A stretch of 35,519 nt of DNA from a virus (Duplodnaviria; Caudoviricetes), in IMG/VR virus record IMGVR_UViG_3300033412_000040, positions 1 to 35,519 of that record, one strand, 5' to 3'. The notes under the pieces were generated by a model. It was given only the letters and a program-made list of their open reading frames with translations. It was not told where the DNA came from and searched no databases. Positions within the stretch are counted from its first letter, which is position 1. Each line of letters starts with the position of its first letter. Shown in pieces: positions 16,213 to 25,648 of the stretch. A program made the translations under genes and the position numbers.

Positions 16213-17000
16213 TAGGCGCGCGTCCCGATCAGCGACACCTTCAGTCCCCTGGCGCCGGTGCCGGCGGTGTCGACGTCGATCGTGATCTCGGCGTCGTCGG
16301 CGAGGGTCGCGTCGCTGATGACCGCTGCAACGGCTGCGGTAACGCTGGTTTTCTCGTTCGCGTCGATCGTCAGGGTGGTCGAAAATATCGACACGCCGCC
16401 CTCGTTGACGTCGATTGCCGGGTTGCCCGAGGTCGATGCCGTCGACAGGCTGGCGCGCACGCTCGAAAGCGTCATCGCCCAAGGCATGCGAAACGTGAAT
16501 TTCGCCGCGCCGGTCGTGATCGCGGTTGTCTCGTCCGAGACCGCTACGATCAGCACCTCGCTCTTGGCCTGCGCGACGGTCGCGTAATCCGTGCCCGCGG
16601 CAAATGCCGTCAACCCGGTGCCGCCGTGAGCGGTGTCCAGCGTGCCCGCGACGCCGCCGGGGAGCGGCAACCCGGTCGCATTGGTCAGCGTGGCGCTGGC
16701 AGGCGTGCCGAGCGCGCCGCCCTGGAAGTAGGCCGGCCCGGTGCCGACTTCGTCGGTCAGCGCGGCGCGCAGATTGGCGGACGACGGCGTTGCGAGCCAG
16801 GATGCAACCCCGGATGCCGGCGACAGAGCGCCGAGGTTGCCGCTGCCGTTGTTGGTCTGCAGATCGCCGGACGCGCCGGCGACGGCAAGCCCCGTCGCCG
16901 AGTTCGGAAGCCATTTCACGGAGTCGAATTTCCAACTCGGTCCCCCTGGGACCGGTTGGAAGATTTCCCCCGTCGTCGGGCTGGCCGGGAAGTCGATCAC
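16212..17000 (-). CDS. Tail fibre-associated structural protein
   Basis: N-terminal DFPASPTTG..F......W.FD.VKW, fibre-like TPSSANLRAALTDE and L.TAHGGTG segments, C-terminal beta-sandwich. Confidence 0.65.
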   Translation of the reverse strand: MIDFPASPTTGEIFQPVPGGPSWKFDSVKWLPNSATGLAVAGASGDLQTNNGSGNLGALSPASGVASWLATPSSANLRAALTDEVGTGPAYFQGGALGTPASATLTNATGLPLPGGVAGTLDTAHGGTGLTAFAAGTDYATVAQAKSEVLIVAVSDETTAITTGAAKFTFRMPWAMTLSSVRASLSTASTSGNPAIDVNEGGVSIFSTTLTIDANEKTSVTAAVAAVISDATLADDAEITIDVDTAGTGARGLKVSLIGTRA

Positions 17001-17224
17001 GCCGCCGCCTCCTGGGCGCAGTACACCCGGCGCGCGTCGCCGCAGCGCGGGCAGCTTAGTGTGATCCCGTTGCGGTCGATCGTGATCCGGCCCTGGCAGT
17101 CGTGTCCCGGCAGCTTGTCGTCGCAGTGCATCGAGCGGATGCGCTGGTAGATCGCCGCCTCGTCAGCCGGGATCGGCGTCGGCACCGCGCAAAACACCGG
17201 CGGCAGCGGATTGCGCTCGGTCAT
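16997..17224 (-). CDS. Small Cys-rich (Zn-ribbon-like) protein
   Basis: HC......HDC.G.ITI....ITLSCPRCGD; 4-nt overlaps on both sides. Confidence 0.65.
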   Translation of the reverse strand: MTERNPLPPVFCAVPTPIPADEAAIYQRIRSMHCDDKLPGHDCQGRITIDRNGITLSCPRCGDARRVYCAQEAAA

Positions 17225-17661
17225 TCTCCACTTCCTATATCCAGCAGGTCTTGCTCATATTCCTCCGCTGTTCGCTCCTCAGTTTCTATTGTCATCGCAG
17301 AGCCGACCTTACTGGGCGCGGCATCGAGGCGGGCAAGGGCTTCGACCAAAGCATAATGGTCTCGCAGTAACTCTTTTGTGGTTCGGGGAAATATTGGACT
17401 GTTCACCAAAAGTCGCGCCGCCGCTATAACCTTGTCCTTCACGGCGCTGTGCGCGCGCATTCGGGATATCTCGGTGATGACATCTTTAGCCGATAGTTTA
17501 TCGCTATTCCTCGCAACTCCCAACGGCAGGCAAATATCACTTATACATTCCCTAACGAACCGCAGCCTTTGCTCTAAACTTTCGATCTCCGCACGCGCAG
17601 CGCGCAGGGCCGCGTCGCCGGCCGGGATCGGCGTCACCGAGCCGTGTCCATCCCGTGTCAT
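17221..17661 (-). CDS. Hypothetical protein, lower-GC and probably chimeric
   Basis: ATGA overlaps at both ends; visibly more AT-rich than the flanks. Confidence 0.55.
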   Translation of the reverse strand: MTRDGHGSVTPIPAGDAALRAARAEIESLEQRLRFVRECISDICLPLGVARNSDKLSAKDVITEISRMRAHSAVKDKVIAAARLLVNSPIFPRTTKELLRDHYALVEALARLDAAPSKVGSAMTIETEERTAEEYEQDLLDIGSGE

Positions 17662-20114
17662 GGCGTCTTCGCCTCCAGCGCCGCGATGCGCACCGTCAAC
17701 TCCTTGACCGCATTCACCAAAGCATACACGAGCGCACTCGCGTCGATCGTCTTGACTTCGGTGTCGGGCTCCTTGACCTCTGTCGGGGGAAATTCGTCTG
17801 TGCTAACCGGGTCGAGTGTCACCATCATCGAGCCGACCAGCTCGGGCATCACCGGCTCCGTTTCACCGGCATCGAGGCCGACGTAACTGCGCCCGTCGTC
17901 CGGCAGCCCGCCCTTGCCGTTGTAACCGTAGGTTATCGGCCGTAGTGCCAACACTTGCGCCAGCCCGCCCGTGTACTCGGTGACGTCGCGCTTCAACCTG
18001 ATATCGCTCGGAGCGACCCAGCTGCCGCCGCCGGGCTTGGTCGCCGTGCCGCCTGCGATGGTCAGGTTGCCGCTACCGTCGAGCAGCATCGTGTCGAGCG
18101 CCGACAGGTTGCGGAATGTGTGATTGGTGTTGATGTAGTAGTTGTAGATGGCCGACGTGCCGCCCAGCACGATCGAGCCGCCGGTCGTAGGCGCTTTGAG
18201 GGTCGTGTAGCCGCCTGCGGCCGTCAGCGTGACCTGGGCGGCGCTATCGACGGTCAGCGAGCCGGCCAACGTAAGAATGCCCGACGGAGAGAGTAAAAGC
18301 GCGTCGCCGCCTCTCCACAGCCGCATCGTGCCGGCCGCTGCATACATCAGCCAGACGGTGCCGGGGGCGTCGCGCGGCTCCCAGGTGTAGCCGGCATTCG
18401 ATCCGTTGCTGCCGACGGAGTTGTTGACGGTCAGCGACCCGCTCAGCGTGCCGCCGGTGAGCGGCAGCGCAGGGGTCGTCAAAGAGATTGTGTTGGCGCT
18501 GAGCGTTAGCCCCGCACCCACCGTCCAGGTCTGCCCCGCAGGACCGGTCGCACCTGTTGGACCCTGGGGTCCCGGCATATTGCTGGCCGGCACCCACTGC
18601 GACGAGTTGCCGTCGTCATACCGCAGATAGAGCTGCCCGCCCGCGCTGTCCCACCACAGGGCGCCGGGATCGGGCGATGCAGGCGGCGCGTCGCCGACGC
18701 TGACACTGGCGCCCGACCCGCCGCCCGGCGCCCATGAGACGTCTGCGCCGCTGCCGCCGGACGTCAGAACGTGACCGGCCGTGCCCGGCGCCAATGCGCT
18801 CCAAACCGACCCGTCGCGCCGAATGACGCTGCCGCGGGTCGTGCCGAGGGCGGCATCCAAAAGGGCGGTGACGCTGGTTGCGGTCGGCGGTGCACCGGCG
18901 CCCGAAACGTTGGCGAGCATCCGGACATCGGCGATTGCGGCGAGTGCGATCGTGCCGGCGGTCGTAATCGTGCCGCCGCTCAAACCGGCGCCGGCGGTGA
19001 TGCTCGTCACCGTGCCGTTGCCGGCCGGGCTGGCCCAGGTAAGGTCAGCCCCCGTCCCGCCGGTGCGCAGGAACAGCCCCGCAGTGCCCGGCGCGAGGGG
19101 CTGCCAGCCGACCGCGTTGCGCTGCAGGAGGCTGCCGCGGATCGATCCCGCGAGAGCGTCGAGAGCGACCGTCAGCGTCGCCGGTGCCGGCGGTGCCGAA
19201 CCGCCGGCCGTATTCGCGAGCATCGTCGCTGCCGGCGCAGCGGCGAGCGCGATCGTGCCGGTGCTCGTTATCGTGCCGCCGGAAAGCCCGCTGCCTGCGG
19301 TAACGCTCGTCACCGTGCCGGCGCCGAGATCCATGATCGAACTATTGTGCCACTTGCCGTCGCCTGCCTTGTATTGCAGCAACGAGTCGTTGACCGGCGA
19401 GTTGATCGAGACGTCGGTCAGTCCGGCGAGCGATGCGCTGCCGCCCGAGCCGGTTGCCGGAACCACCCAGCCACCCGAGGCCGACAGAAACTTGTGCGCC
19501 GCGGCATCCCCCGCCGCCGGGGCTGGCACCATGCCCCGCGCACCGCCGGTGCCGGTGTCGCCCGCGAAAACCGCGAGCTGCTCCGCCACTTCGGCCGCGT
19601 CCAGGTTGCGCCAGTACGAGCTGGCGCCGTCCCACACCAGCATGTCGCCGGTGGCGATCCCGGCGAGCGCTACGTCGGTCAGGTCGCTGAGCGCCACTGT
19701 CATCGCGTTGGCGCCGACGATCTGGCGATAGAGCGGCAGGCCGTCGCCGGAAACCGCCGCCCAGTCGAACGTCGCGGCGCTGGTATGCCCTAGCATCACC
19801 GCGCCGAACCCGCCGTCCGGCGCCGTGATGAAGTCCATGTCGTGATATATCGTGGCCGGCGTCCACGCCCCGCGCCACTCGGGGACCGGCATCGTCATCA
19901 CGACCGGCCCAAGGGTCTCGCCGTTCGACAGACCCATGAAGAAATTGTAGCCGGTGATCGTGATCGATATCGGCTCGATCGGCATCACCGGATTGTCTTC
20001 GATGTACGTGACGCGCGAGTCGATATTGTAGAAATTGCCGTCGATCTCGGCCGGCGCGAGATTGCTGCCCTTGCCGGTGCCCCAGGCGCCATTCGTGCGG
20101 TAGACGATTGCCAT
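17658..20114 (-). CDS. Tail fibre with C-terminal intramolecular chaperone (Peptidase S74)
   Basis: Gly/Ala/Thr-rich repeats, a short collagen-like GPQGPTGATGPAG, and a C-terminal SDIRLKRDV...LRP..Y...L.NAVKEL..RIAALE. Confidence 0.88.
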   Translation of the reverse strand: MAIVYRTNGAWGTGKGSNLAPAEIDGNFYNIDSRVTYIEDNPVMPIEPISITITGYNFFMGLSNGETLGPVVMTMPVPEWRGAWTPATIYHDMDFITAPDGGFGAVMLGHTSAATFDWAAVSGDGLPLYRQIVGANAMTVALSDLTDVALAGIATGDMLVWDGASSYWRNLDAAEVAEQLAVFAGDTGTGGARGMVPAPAAGDAAAHKFLSASGGWVVPATGSGGSASLAGLTDVSINSPVNDSLLQYKAGDGKWHNSSIMDLGAGTVTSVTAGSGLSGGTITSTGTIALAAAPAATMLANTAGGSAPPAPATLTVALDALAGSIRGSLLQRNAVGWQPLAPGTAGLFLRTGGTGADLTWASPAGNGTVTSITAGAGLSGGTITTAGTIALAAIADVRMLANVSGAGAPPTATSVTALLDAALGTTRGSVIRRDGSVWSALAPGTAGHVLTSGGSGADVSWAPGGGSGASVSVGDAPPASPDPGALWWDSAGGQLYLRYDDGNSSQWVPASNMPGPQGPTGATGPAGQTWTVGAGLTLSANTISLTTPALPLTGGTLSGSLTVNNSVGSNGSNAGYTWEPRDAPGTVWLMYAAAGTMRLWRGGDALLLSPSGILTLAGSLTVDSAAQVTLTAAGGYTTLKAPTTGGSIVLGGTSAIYNYYINTNHTFRNLSALDTMLLDGSGNLTIAGGTATKPGGGSWVAPSDIRLKRDVTEYTGGLAQVLALRPITYGYNGKGGLPDDGRSYVGLDAGETEPVMPELVGSMMVTLDPVSTDEFPPTEVKEPDTEVKTIDASALVYALVNAVKELTVRIAALEAKTP
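18720..19320 (-). repeat. Two ~101-aa tandem modules in the tail fibre
   Basis: GTVTS(V/I)TAG.GLSGGTIT..GTIALA...MLAN..G..APP...RGS...R....W..LAPGTAG..L..GG.GAD..WA repeated with a 303-nt period. Confidence 0.85.
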
Positions 20115-21076
20115 TAGGGCGTTCCCGTTGTGGGGATGGTGAACTTCGGCGAGGTCGTCTCATCTATCGGCTTGTCGCCGACCAGCGTGAAATCGCCTGC
20201 CGTGCCGCGATTAATCAGGAACGTGTCGGGCTCGCCGCGGCGGCTGAAATAGAAATCCGGTTTTACCGGCGCCCGGTCGGGATCGACCTCCGTGGGCACC
20301 GGGGTCATTGGCTTCTCTCCATTGGCGCCCAAGCTCTTTGGTCGGTACGTCGTGACGCCCGTGTCGGGGTTGGTCGATGATGTGAGAAACTTGTCGACGC
20401 CGACGCGGGTTACGCCGGTCGCCAGCCAGAACTCGGCAACGGAATAGGTCGCCACGTTCAGCGGCACGCTGTAACGAAACCAGAAGAAATCGATGAAGGT
20501 ATCAGGTTCGCCCAACGGGTCCGTTTTCCACGGCACGTCGAACGGCGGCCCGGTGTAGCTGTCGCTTATGTAATCATCGCCAGGGAATATATGACCCGAG
20601 ACGGTGACGTTGTTCACCTTCATTAAGAATGAAGATGCGGCCGTATCCCACTCGGCATAAACGTGATACCACTTGCCGGTATCCGCGATATTCGCATTGT
20701 CTTCAAATACGACAAGTTGATTGTACGGCTCCTCGAACCCGCCGCCGTTGGCGGCTGCGCCAAACAGAAACCGTGTGCTGACCGTAACCGCGCCGCTAGT
20801 CGGGAACGAGTCGAGATAGCCGCCCGGTGTGATGTCGAGCCGAAAGTCGTTATTGACGCCCTCAAAGATCGTATACCTATCCGTGGCCGGGAACTTGAAC
20901 CAAGCGGACAGCGTGCCTTTCGGGCTGTTGCTGATCGTCAAAGTCTCGCGCAGCGCGGTGATATAGGCCGAGTCCATCCATTTGACGCCTTTCACGCCGC
21001 TCCAAGCCACCGAATAAAACGACGCCGCCGGCGGCAGCTCGGGAAACGGGTTGGCAGGCGTGCCGTAGGTTTTCAA
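20114..21076 (-). CDS. Tail-associated LamG-like beta-sandwich protein
   Basis: Likely TTG start at 21076 (TTGA overlap). GTLSAWFK and GKWYHV...WD motifs. Confidence 0.6.
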   Translation of the reverse strand: MKTYGTPANPFPELPPAASFYSVAWSGVKGVKWMDSAYITALRETLTISNSPKGTLSAWFKFPATDRYTIFEGVNNDFRLDITPGGYLDSFPTSGAVTVSTRFLFGAAANGGGFEEPYNQLVVFEDNANIADTGKWYHVYAEWDTAASSFLMKVNNVTVSGHIFPGDDYISDSYTGPPFDVPWKTDPLGEPDTFIDFFWFRYSVPLNVATYSVAEFWLATGVTRVGVDKFLTSSTNPDTGVTTYRPKSLGANGEKPMTPVPTEVDPDRAPVKPDFYFSRRGEPDTFLINRGTAGDFTLVGDKPIDETTSPKFTIPTTGTP

Positions 21077-21531
21077 ACGGCCCGCTCGGGTGGTTTGTAA
21101 TCGACCGTGTAGCGCTTGGTCTCGGTCGCGGCGGTCGACGGTTTCGTCGCATCGATGACGCGGTCGTCGTCGACCCCCGACACGCTGGCGTCCTTTGTCG
21201 CACTGTTGTTCTTTTCCGCCGGCACGGTCTTGTCCAGCGTCATTTGATTTGTCTGATCGATATCGACGTGTTGTTCTTCGTCGTCCGGGTTCTCGACGCG
21301 CGCCGGCGTCGTCTTGCGCGAGACTTCCTGGTGCTTCTCGACGACGAAGCCGACCTCCGGCACCGGCTCCGCGTTCGGCAAGTCGCCGACCTGGCCCCAG
21401 CACAAATATCCGGGCTTGTTCTCCTCGCTCACCGTCCGCGGCGGCTTGCGCTTGATGCGCGCCGTCTCGGCAAACAGACTGCGCCGGATAAAGCGTGGGC
21501 TGTTTGTCCAATTGATCTCGTTCAGATTCAT
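21073..21531 (-). CDS. Hypothetical tail protein (152 aa)
   Basis: Overlaps both neighbours; LCWG.VG.LP and RVENPDDEEQHVD motifs; tail-tip context. Confidence 0.65.
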   Translation of the reverse strand: MNLNEINWTNSPRFIRRSLFAETARIKRKPPRTVSEENKPGYLCWGQVGDLPNAEPVPEVGFVVEKHQEVSRKTTPARVENPDDEEQHVDIDQTNQMTLDKTVPAEKNNSATKDASVSGVDDDRVIDATKPSTAATETKRYTVDYKPPERAV

Positions 21532-23363
21532 CAGGCAGCCTCGAGGTCGATCGTGCGCGGGATCGGCAGCTTCTCGACGGTCGGTGTGTAGGCGGTCTCG
21601 AACTCCTTATCGGTCAGCGATACCATCTGTATGCAGACCTCGGAGGCGAGCTGCCGCATGGCTTCGACCGGGTCGGCAGCGTCGATCACCGCAGCCTGTT
21701 CCTTGATGCCGTTTTTGACCTCCAGACTTTCGACTGCCGTGAATTCGTCCAGCGTCAACAAGTCGATCCCGTCGTCGTCCACCTCGAAGTCGTCCAAGCT
21801 CTGCCATGCGATATCCCCGGTCGGCGCGAGGAACATGGCGCCTGCCATCGTCTGATATCCGGTGGCGACGTAGCCGTCGTCCGCCCAGGTCGGGTCGCCC
21901 GCTTGTCCTGCCACGCTGCCGTCGCGGCCGATAGCGCAGCCGATCGTGAGCGTGACGCTGTGCTCTCCGGTGCCCGAGGCGCTCATCCGGTATGCCGTGA
22001 CCTTGCCCGCCGCCTCGCCCCCAGGCAGGCGGTAGTCGACCACCTGCGCGTTGTGGCGCAGCGTGACGCCGACCCCGAGCGGCCAGGGCACTTTGCACTC
22101 GACCTCGACCACCCTGGCGCCGCGCCGGAGCTGCGCCCGCGCCAGCAGCATCAGATACTCGACGCTGGCCCGGCCGCGGTCGGTGTCGAGGTAACCCGTG
22201 CGCCTGATATCGCCGATCGGCATGGCGCCCGAGTCGTCCGGCTCGGTCACGGTGTCGCTCGCGTTGACCGTGATCTTACCGATGTTCTCGTCGAGCCCGG
22301 CCTCCGCGATGAGCGGCTGGATATCGGCGACGACAGTGCATTTGAGCGTCTCGATCCGGCTGCGGTTTGCTTTCCAATCCAACTTTGTATTTTGCTTCAA
22401 ATAATAAATAGGGAAATCAACAAAATACCAATCGTCGGAGCGGAACCACGAATTTGCCAGATTGTCTTTTTGCTCTGCCCAAATCTCGTCCGCCAACGGA
22501 TCGGACCCGGTCGTATATGCCTGATACGTGACGTGATAGTCGTACCGCGTGTAAAGCCAGTCGGTCAGTTCTTCGCAGTAGGTCGCGTCGGCGACCGTCC
22601 AGCCGCCGTCCAGGCTGTCGCCGCCCTCCGGCCAGTCGCTCGCCAAGCCCTCCCCGGTCATCGACTGAACTATGCCCGAGGTCGGGTGTGCGACGACGAG
22701 GTAGCTGTGGGCCATGAACGCATTGTAGATGCGCTCGGTCAGATCGATCGTGCCGCTGCCGCCCTGCGTCCAGGCCAGTTCGGCGTCGATATCGACCTGG
22801 CCCAGCGGCGTGCCGGTGTAGCCGATGGCGAGAGCGTCGTAGACGTGGTCGGATTCGCCGAAGCTCAGCGTGCCGTCTTCGCCGACCAGCTCGTCGGACA
22901 CCGTGACGGCGAGGGTGCGGCGGTCGATGTGCCAGCGCACGCCATACGCTTCCAGTACGTTGTCGGCGTCCTCCGTGTCGCCGGTGATCCATACCGTGTC
23001 CCAGTACGGCAAGACCTTGAGCGTCGCCGCCAGCTCGTCGCGTACTCCCTCGTAACCGATCGGGCGCGCGGTGAACAACAGGCGCACCGTTTCACCGTCG
23101 ATCGATTCCGGCACGCCGGTCAGGCGTCCGCAGAACAGCGGCACCGGGTCGCTGCCGTCGTGCCACGAGAGCCAGCACCACTGCATCCGGCCCGCCGCGA
23201 GTAGACCGAGGAACGGATTTATGACGGTGATCTGGAGCGACGCGAACTCGCCCTCTTGCTGGCCGATGGTCAGTTCGGCAATGTCCTCGTCCTCGACCGC
23301 GTGCACGAGCGGGTCGAACGGTTCAGGGCCGGAAATCCACGCGAAGTAAAACGGGCCGGGCAG
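21531..23363 (-). CDS. Tail tip/baseplate hub protein, probable CTG start
   Basis: The frame is open up to CTG 23363 (PGPFYFAW...), which follows GGAGGAGG. Acidic ~610-aa protein after the distal tail gene. Confidence 0.7.
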   Translation of the reverse strand: MPGPFYFAWISGPEPFDPLVHAVEDEDIAELTIGQQEGEFASLQITVINPFLGLLAAGRMQWCWLSWHDGSDPVPLFCGRLTGVPESIDGETVRLLFTARPIGYEGVRDELAATLKVLPYWDTVWITGDTEDADNVLEAYGVRWHIDRRTLAVTVSDELVGEDGTLSFGESDHVYDALAIGYTGTPLGQVDIDAELAWTQGGSGTIDLTERIYNAFMAHSYLVVAHPTSGIVQSMTGEGLASDWPEGGDSLDGGWTVADATYCEELTDWLYTRYDYHVTYQAYTTGSDPLADEIWAEQKDNLANSWFRSDDWYFVDFPIYYLKQNTKLDWKANRSRIETLKCTVVADIQPLIAEAGLDENIGKITVNASDTVTEPDDSGAMPIGDIRRTGYLDTDRGRASVEYLMLLARAQLRRGARVVEVECKVPWPLGVGVTLRHNAQVVDYRLPGGEAAGKVTAYRMSASGTGEHSVTLTIGCAIGRDGSVAGQAGDPTWADDGYVATGYQTMAGAMFLAPTGDIAWQSLDDFEVDDDGIDLLTLDEFTAVESLEVKNGIKEQAAVIDAADPVEAMRQLASEVCIQMVSLTDKEFETAYTPTVEKLPIPRTIDLEAA

Positions 23364-23807
23364 CTATGCCTCCTCCAACACCAACGACCATTGGGTCAGG
23401 TGTCCATACTCATCCCGGCTGACGGTGTAGCTGATTACCCGCATCGTGAGGCGCGGCCGGTAATATGTGTAATCGTATACGACGCGTTCGCTGCCCTCGA
23501 CCACCGGCCGCCCGGGCGCATCCGTTACCGTCAGGTACGCCAGCTCGGCGGCGCAATCGACGGTGAGCACGTCGCCCGGCCATACGCCGTCGAGCGCCGG
23601 CGCCTCGACGTCCTGGCAGGATATCGTCGATGTGTATTTCCGCATTTGCGGCGGCGAGAAGTCGAGCAATCCGCCATTGACGCTGCGCGCCAGCACGCCG
23701 GCCGCGTCGATCGGGTCGAGCGTCTGGGTGAGCCCCCTGGCGGCGTAGCGCGGCATGCCGGGGCCGTCGATCACCAGTTCGGTGCCGCCGCCGTCGGCGA
23801 TGCTCAT
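23364..23807 (-). CDS. Distal tail (Dit-like) protein
   Basis: Directly after the tape measure gene; ARGLTQTL.PI, RSVNG.L.D.S..Q.RKY, W.L.LEE. Confidence 0.65.
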   Translation of the reverse strand: MSIADGGGTELVIDGPGMPRYAARGLTQTLDPIDAAGVLARSVNGGLLDFSPPQMRKYTSTISCQDVEAPALDGVWPGDVLTVDCAAELAYLTVTDAPGRPVVEGSERVVYDYTYYRPRLTMRVISYTVSRDEYGHLTQWSLVLEEA

Positions 23808-25648
23808 CAGGCCAGCGCCGCGCCCGGCGAGCGGCCGGCGCTGAGCACCGCCGCGCGCCGCGCCTCGCGGGTCAGCCCCTCCACGATCGCCTTGTCGCCG
23901 CGCAAGCTGAAACTGCCGCCGGGGAAATGCAGATTGACGGTCGCGCCGTCGCTCGTCTTCGCGCTGACCAGCCCGCCATTGGCAAAACCCGAGCCGTCGC
24001 CGACACCCCGTAGCGGCCGGTTCAGGGCGTTCATCGCCGACAGCAGTTGTGGCCCCCAGTGCCGCACCGCTGCCGTCCGCATGACGAACTCGCCGTTGCT
24101 GAGGCGGCCCAGGATGCTGTCCGACGTGCCGGTGCCGGGGCCGCGCACCATGCCGCCCGCGGCGTAAACGGCTCCGGGAACCGTCGGGGCTGCGGTGCCG
24201 GCACCGCTAAACAGCGATGACGGCAGGCTCGCGATCTTGCTGGCGAGATTGCCGACCCATGTAATCAGATCGCCAACCAGTCCTATCGCGCCCTTGATGC
24301 CGTCACCGAACCCGGTCACAAGCCCCGTGACGGCGGTCCACACGTCGCTCGACAGCGTCTTGAAATCGCGCAGCGCTCCGCTGAGATCGCCGGTAATCAG
24401 ATCGACGCTGACCTTGATCAGGTCTGCCAGGACCGTGAAGCTGGCGCCGATCGGCCCCGGTATGTCGAGTCCGAACTGGCGCAGCGCGTCGAGCGCGCTG
24501 GTGATCCCGCGCCGGATCGGGCCGGCGATATTGTCTTCGATCGCCGCCAGCCCGCTCAGGTCGCGGAACTCCTTGTACTTCGCTATCAGCTTGTCGACGT
24601 TCTCGACCAGCTCGGCGAGTTTGGTGATCCCGCCGGTGACATTTGGAAAAAGGGGAATGGCAATAGCGAACTTGAGTTTTTCAAACGAGTCGGTCAGGTC
24701 GTCGACCGCCGCCTTGTATTGCTTTCCGAGGGCGGAAGCGTCCTCGTCGATATAACGTTTCTGCTCGATGAGCTTCTGCCTGACCTCCTCCCAGGATGCT
24801 CCCTTTGCGAGCCGGTCGATCGCTTCGGCAAAGATGGCGTAGCGGCGTCCTAGAATCTGAACCCCGACCGCGGTTCCCAACTCGGCGTCCCGCTTCCGTA
24901 ATTGTCCGAGCTGCTCGAACACCGATTGGATGCGTTCGCGATTGGTTTTGAACTGGATGGCGTTCTCTTTAATTTTCTCGGTCAGTTCCTCGACGCTTTT
25001 CGCCGCCGCCTTTCCGCCTCGATTTACTTCGACGCCGAACAGCTCGCCTCCCGTGCTGCCGCGCAGGGTCTTGACGCCGTCGACGGCATCACCGATCGAG
25101 CCGCGCATGACGTTGACGCCGGTTGCCAGATCCTGTCCGAAGCCCTTTGACTTGATGCGGGTCTGCGCGAGTTGGTCGGTGAGGTTGACGAGCGCCTGCC
25201 GCGCTCCTTCGGCACTCTCGCCGGTGTCCTCGATAACTTCCTGAAACACCTGCACGTCGCCGGGCGAGAGGGCCGCCGCCTTTGCCGTGTTGCTGATTTC
25301 GGTGATCTTGTCGGCGACCTCGCCGAAGATACCGGCGACCTTCCGAACGCCTGCCATCGCCGCAAAGGCGGCGACCGCCTCCTTGACGCCTATCGCCATT
25401 TCGGACCAGTTCGTTTTGCTGGCGGCGACCACCCTGTTCTGTTCCGACAGCGCGCGGTTCGTGCCGCGTATCTGCGCCGCCAGCTTTTCGTAAGAGAGCG
25501 ACAGCCGGTTGACCTCCGCGGTGTCGCCGGCATTCGCTGCAGCCGAGAGGTCTTTTCTCAGATCGCGCAGTTGCTTCTGGAGCAGCGTCAGCTCGGCGCG
25601 GAATTTTCCGCTATTGGCGCTGATTTCGACCGTCAAATTATCCGGCAT
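23807..25648 (-). CDS. Tape measure protein
   Basis: Helical and Ala-rich; N-terminal NLTVEISANS; C-terminal AAGG.V.GPGTGTSDSI...LSNGEFV. Confidence 0.9.
   Translation of the reverse strand: MPDNLTVEISANSGKFRAELTLLQKQLRDLRKDLSAAANAGDTAEVNRLSLSYEKLAAQIRGTNRALSEQNRVVAASKTNWSEMAIGVKEAVAAFAAMAGVRKVAGIFGEVADKITEISNTAKAAALSPGDVQVFQEVIEDTGESAEGARQALVNLTDQLAQTRIKSKGFGQDLATGVNVMRGSIGDAVDGVKTLRGSTGGELFGVEVNRGGKAAAKSVEELTEKIKENAIQFKTNRERIQSVFEQLGQLRKRDAELGTAVGVQILGRRYAIFAEAIDRLAKGASWEEVRQKLIEQKRYIDEDASALGKQYKAAVDDLTDSFEKLKFAIAIPLFPNVTGGITKLAELVENVDKLIAKYKEFRDLSGLAAIEDNIAGPIRRGITSALDALRQFGLDIPGPIGASFTVLADLIKVSVDLITGDLSGALRDFKTLSSDVWTAVTGLVTGFGDGIKGAIGLVGDLITWVGNLASKIASLPSSLFSGAGTAAPTVPGAVYAAGGMVRGPGTGTSDSILGRLSNGEFVMRTAAVRHWGPQLLSAMNALNRPLRGVGDGSGFANGGLVSAKTSDGATVNLHFPGGSFSLRGDKAIVEGLTREARRAAVLSAGRSPGAALA

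Noticed and set aside
15406-21076. Diversity-generating retroelement acting on the fibre genes
   Set aside because: No reverse transcriptase, and no near-identical repeat pair differing only at adenines was seen.
21077-21511. N-terminal extensions given by the ORF track (e.g. 20114-21511, 15406-16935, 26769-27704, 28252-29124, 9605-10417, 5844-6710)
   Set aside because: They overlap better-supported genes in other frames. Starts were moved to coupled codons next to the upstream stop.
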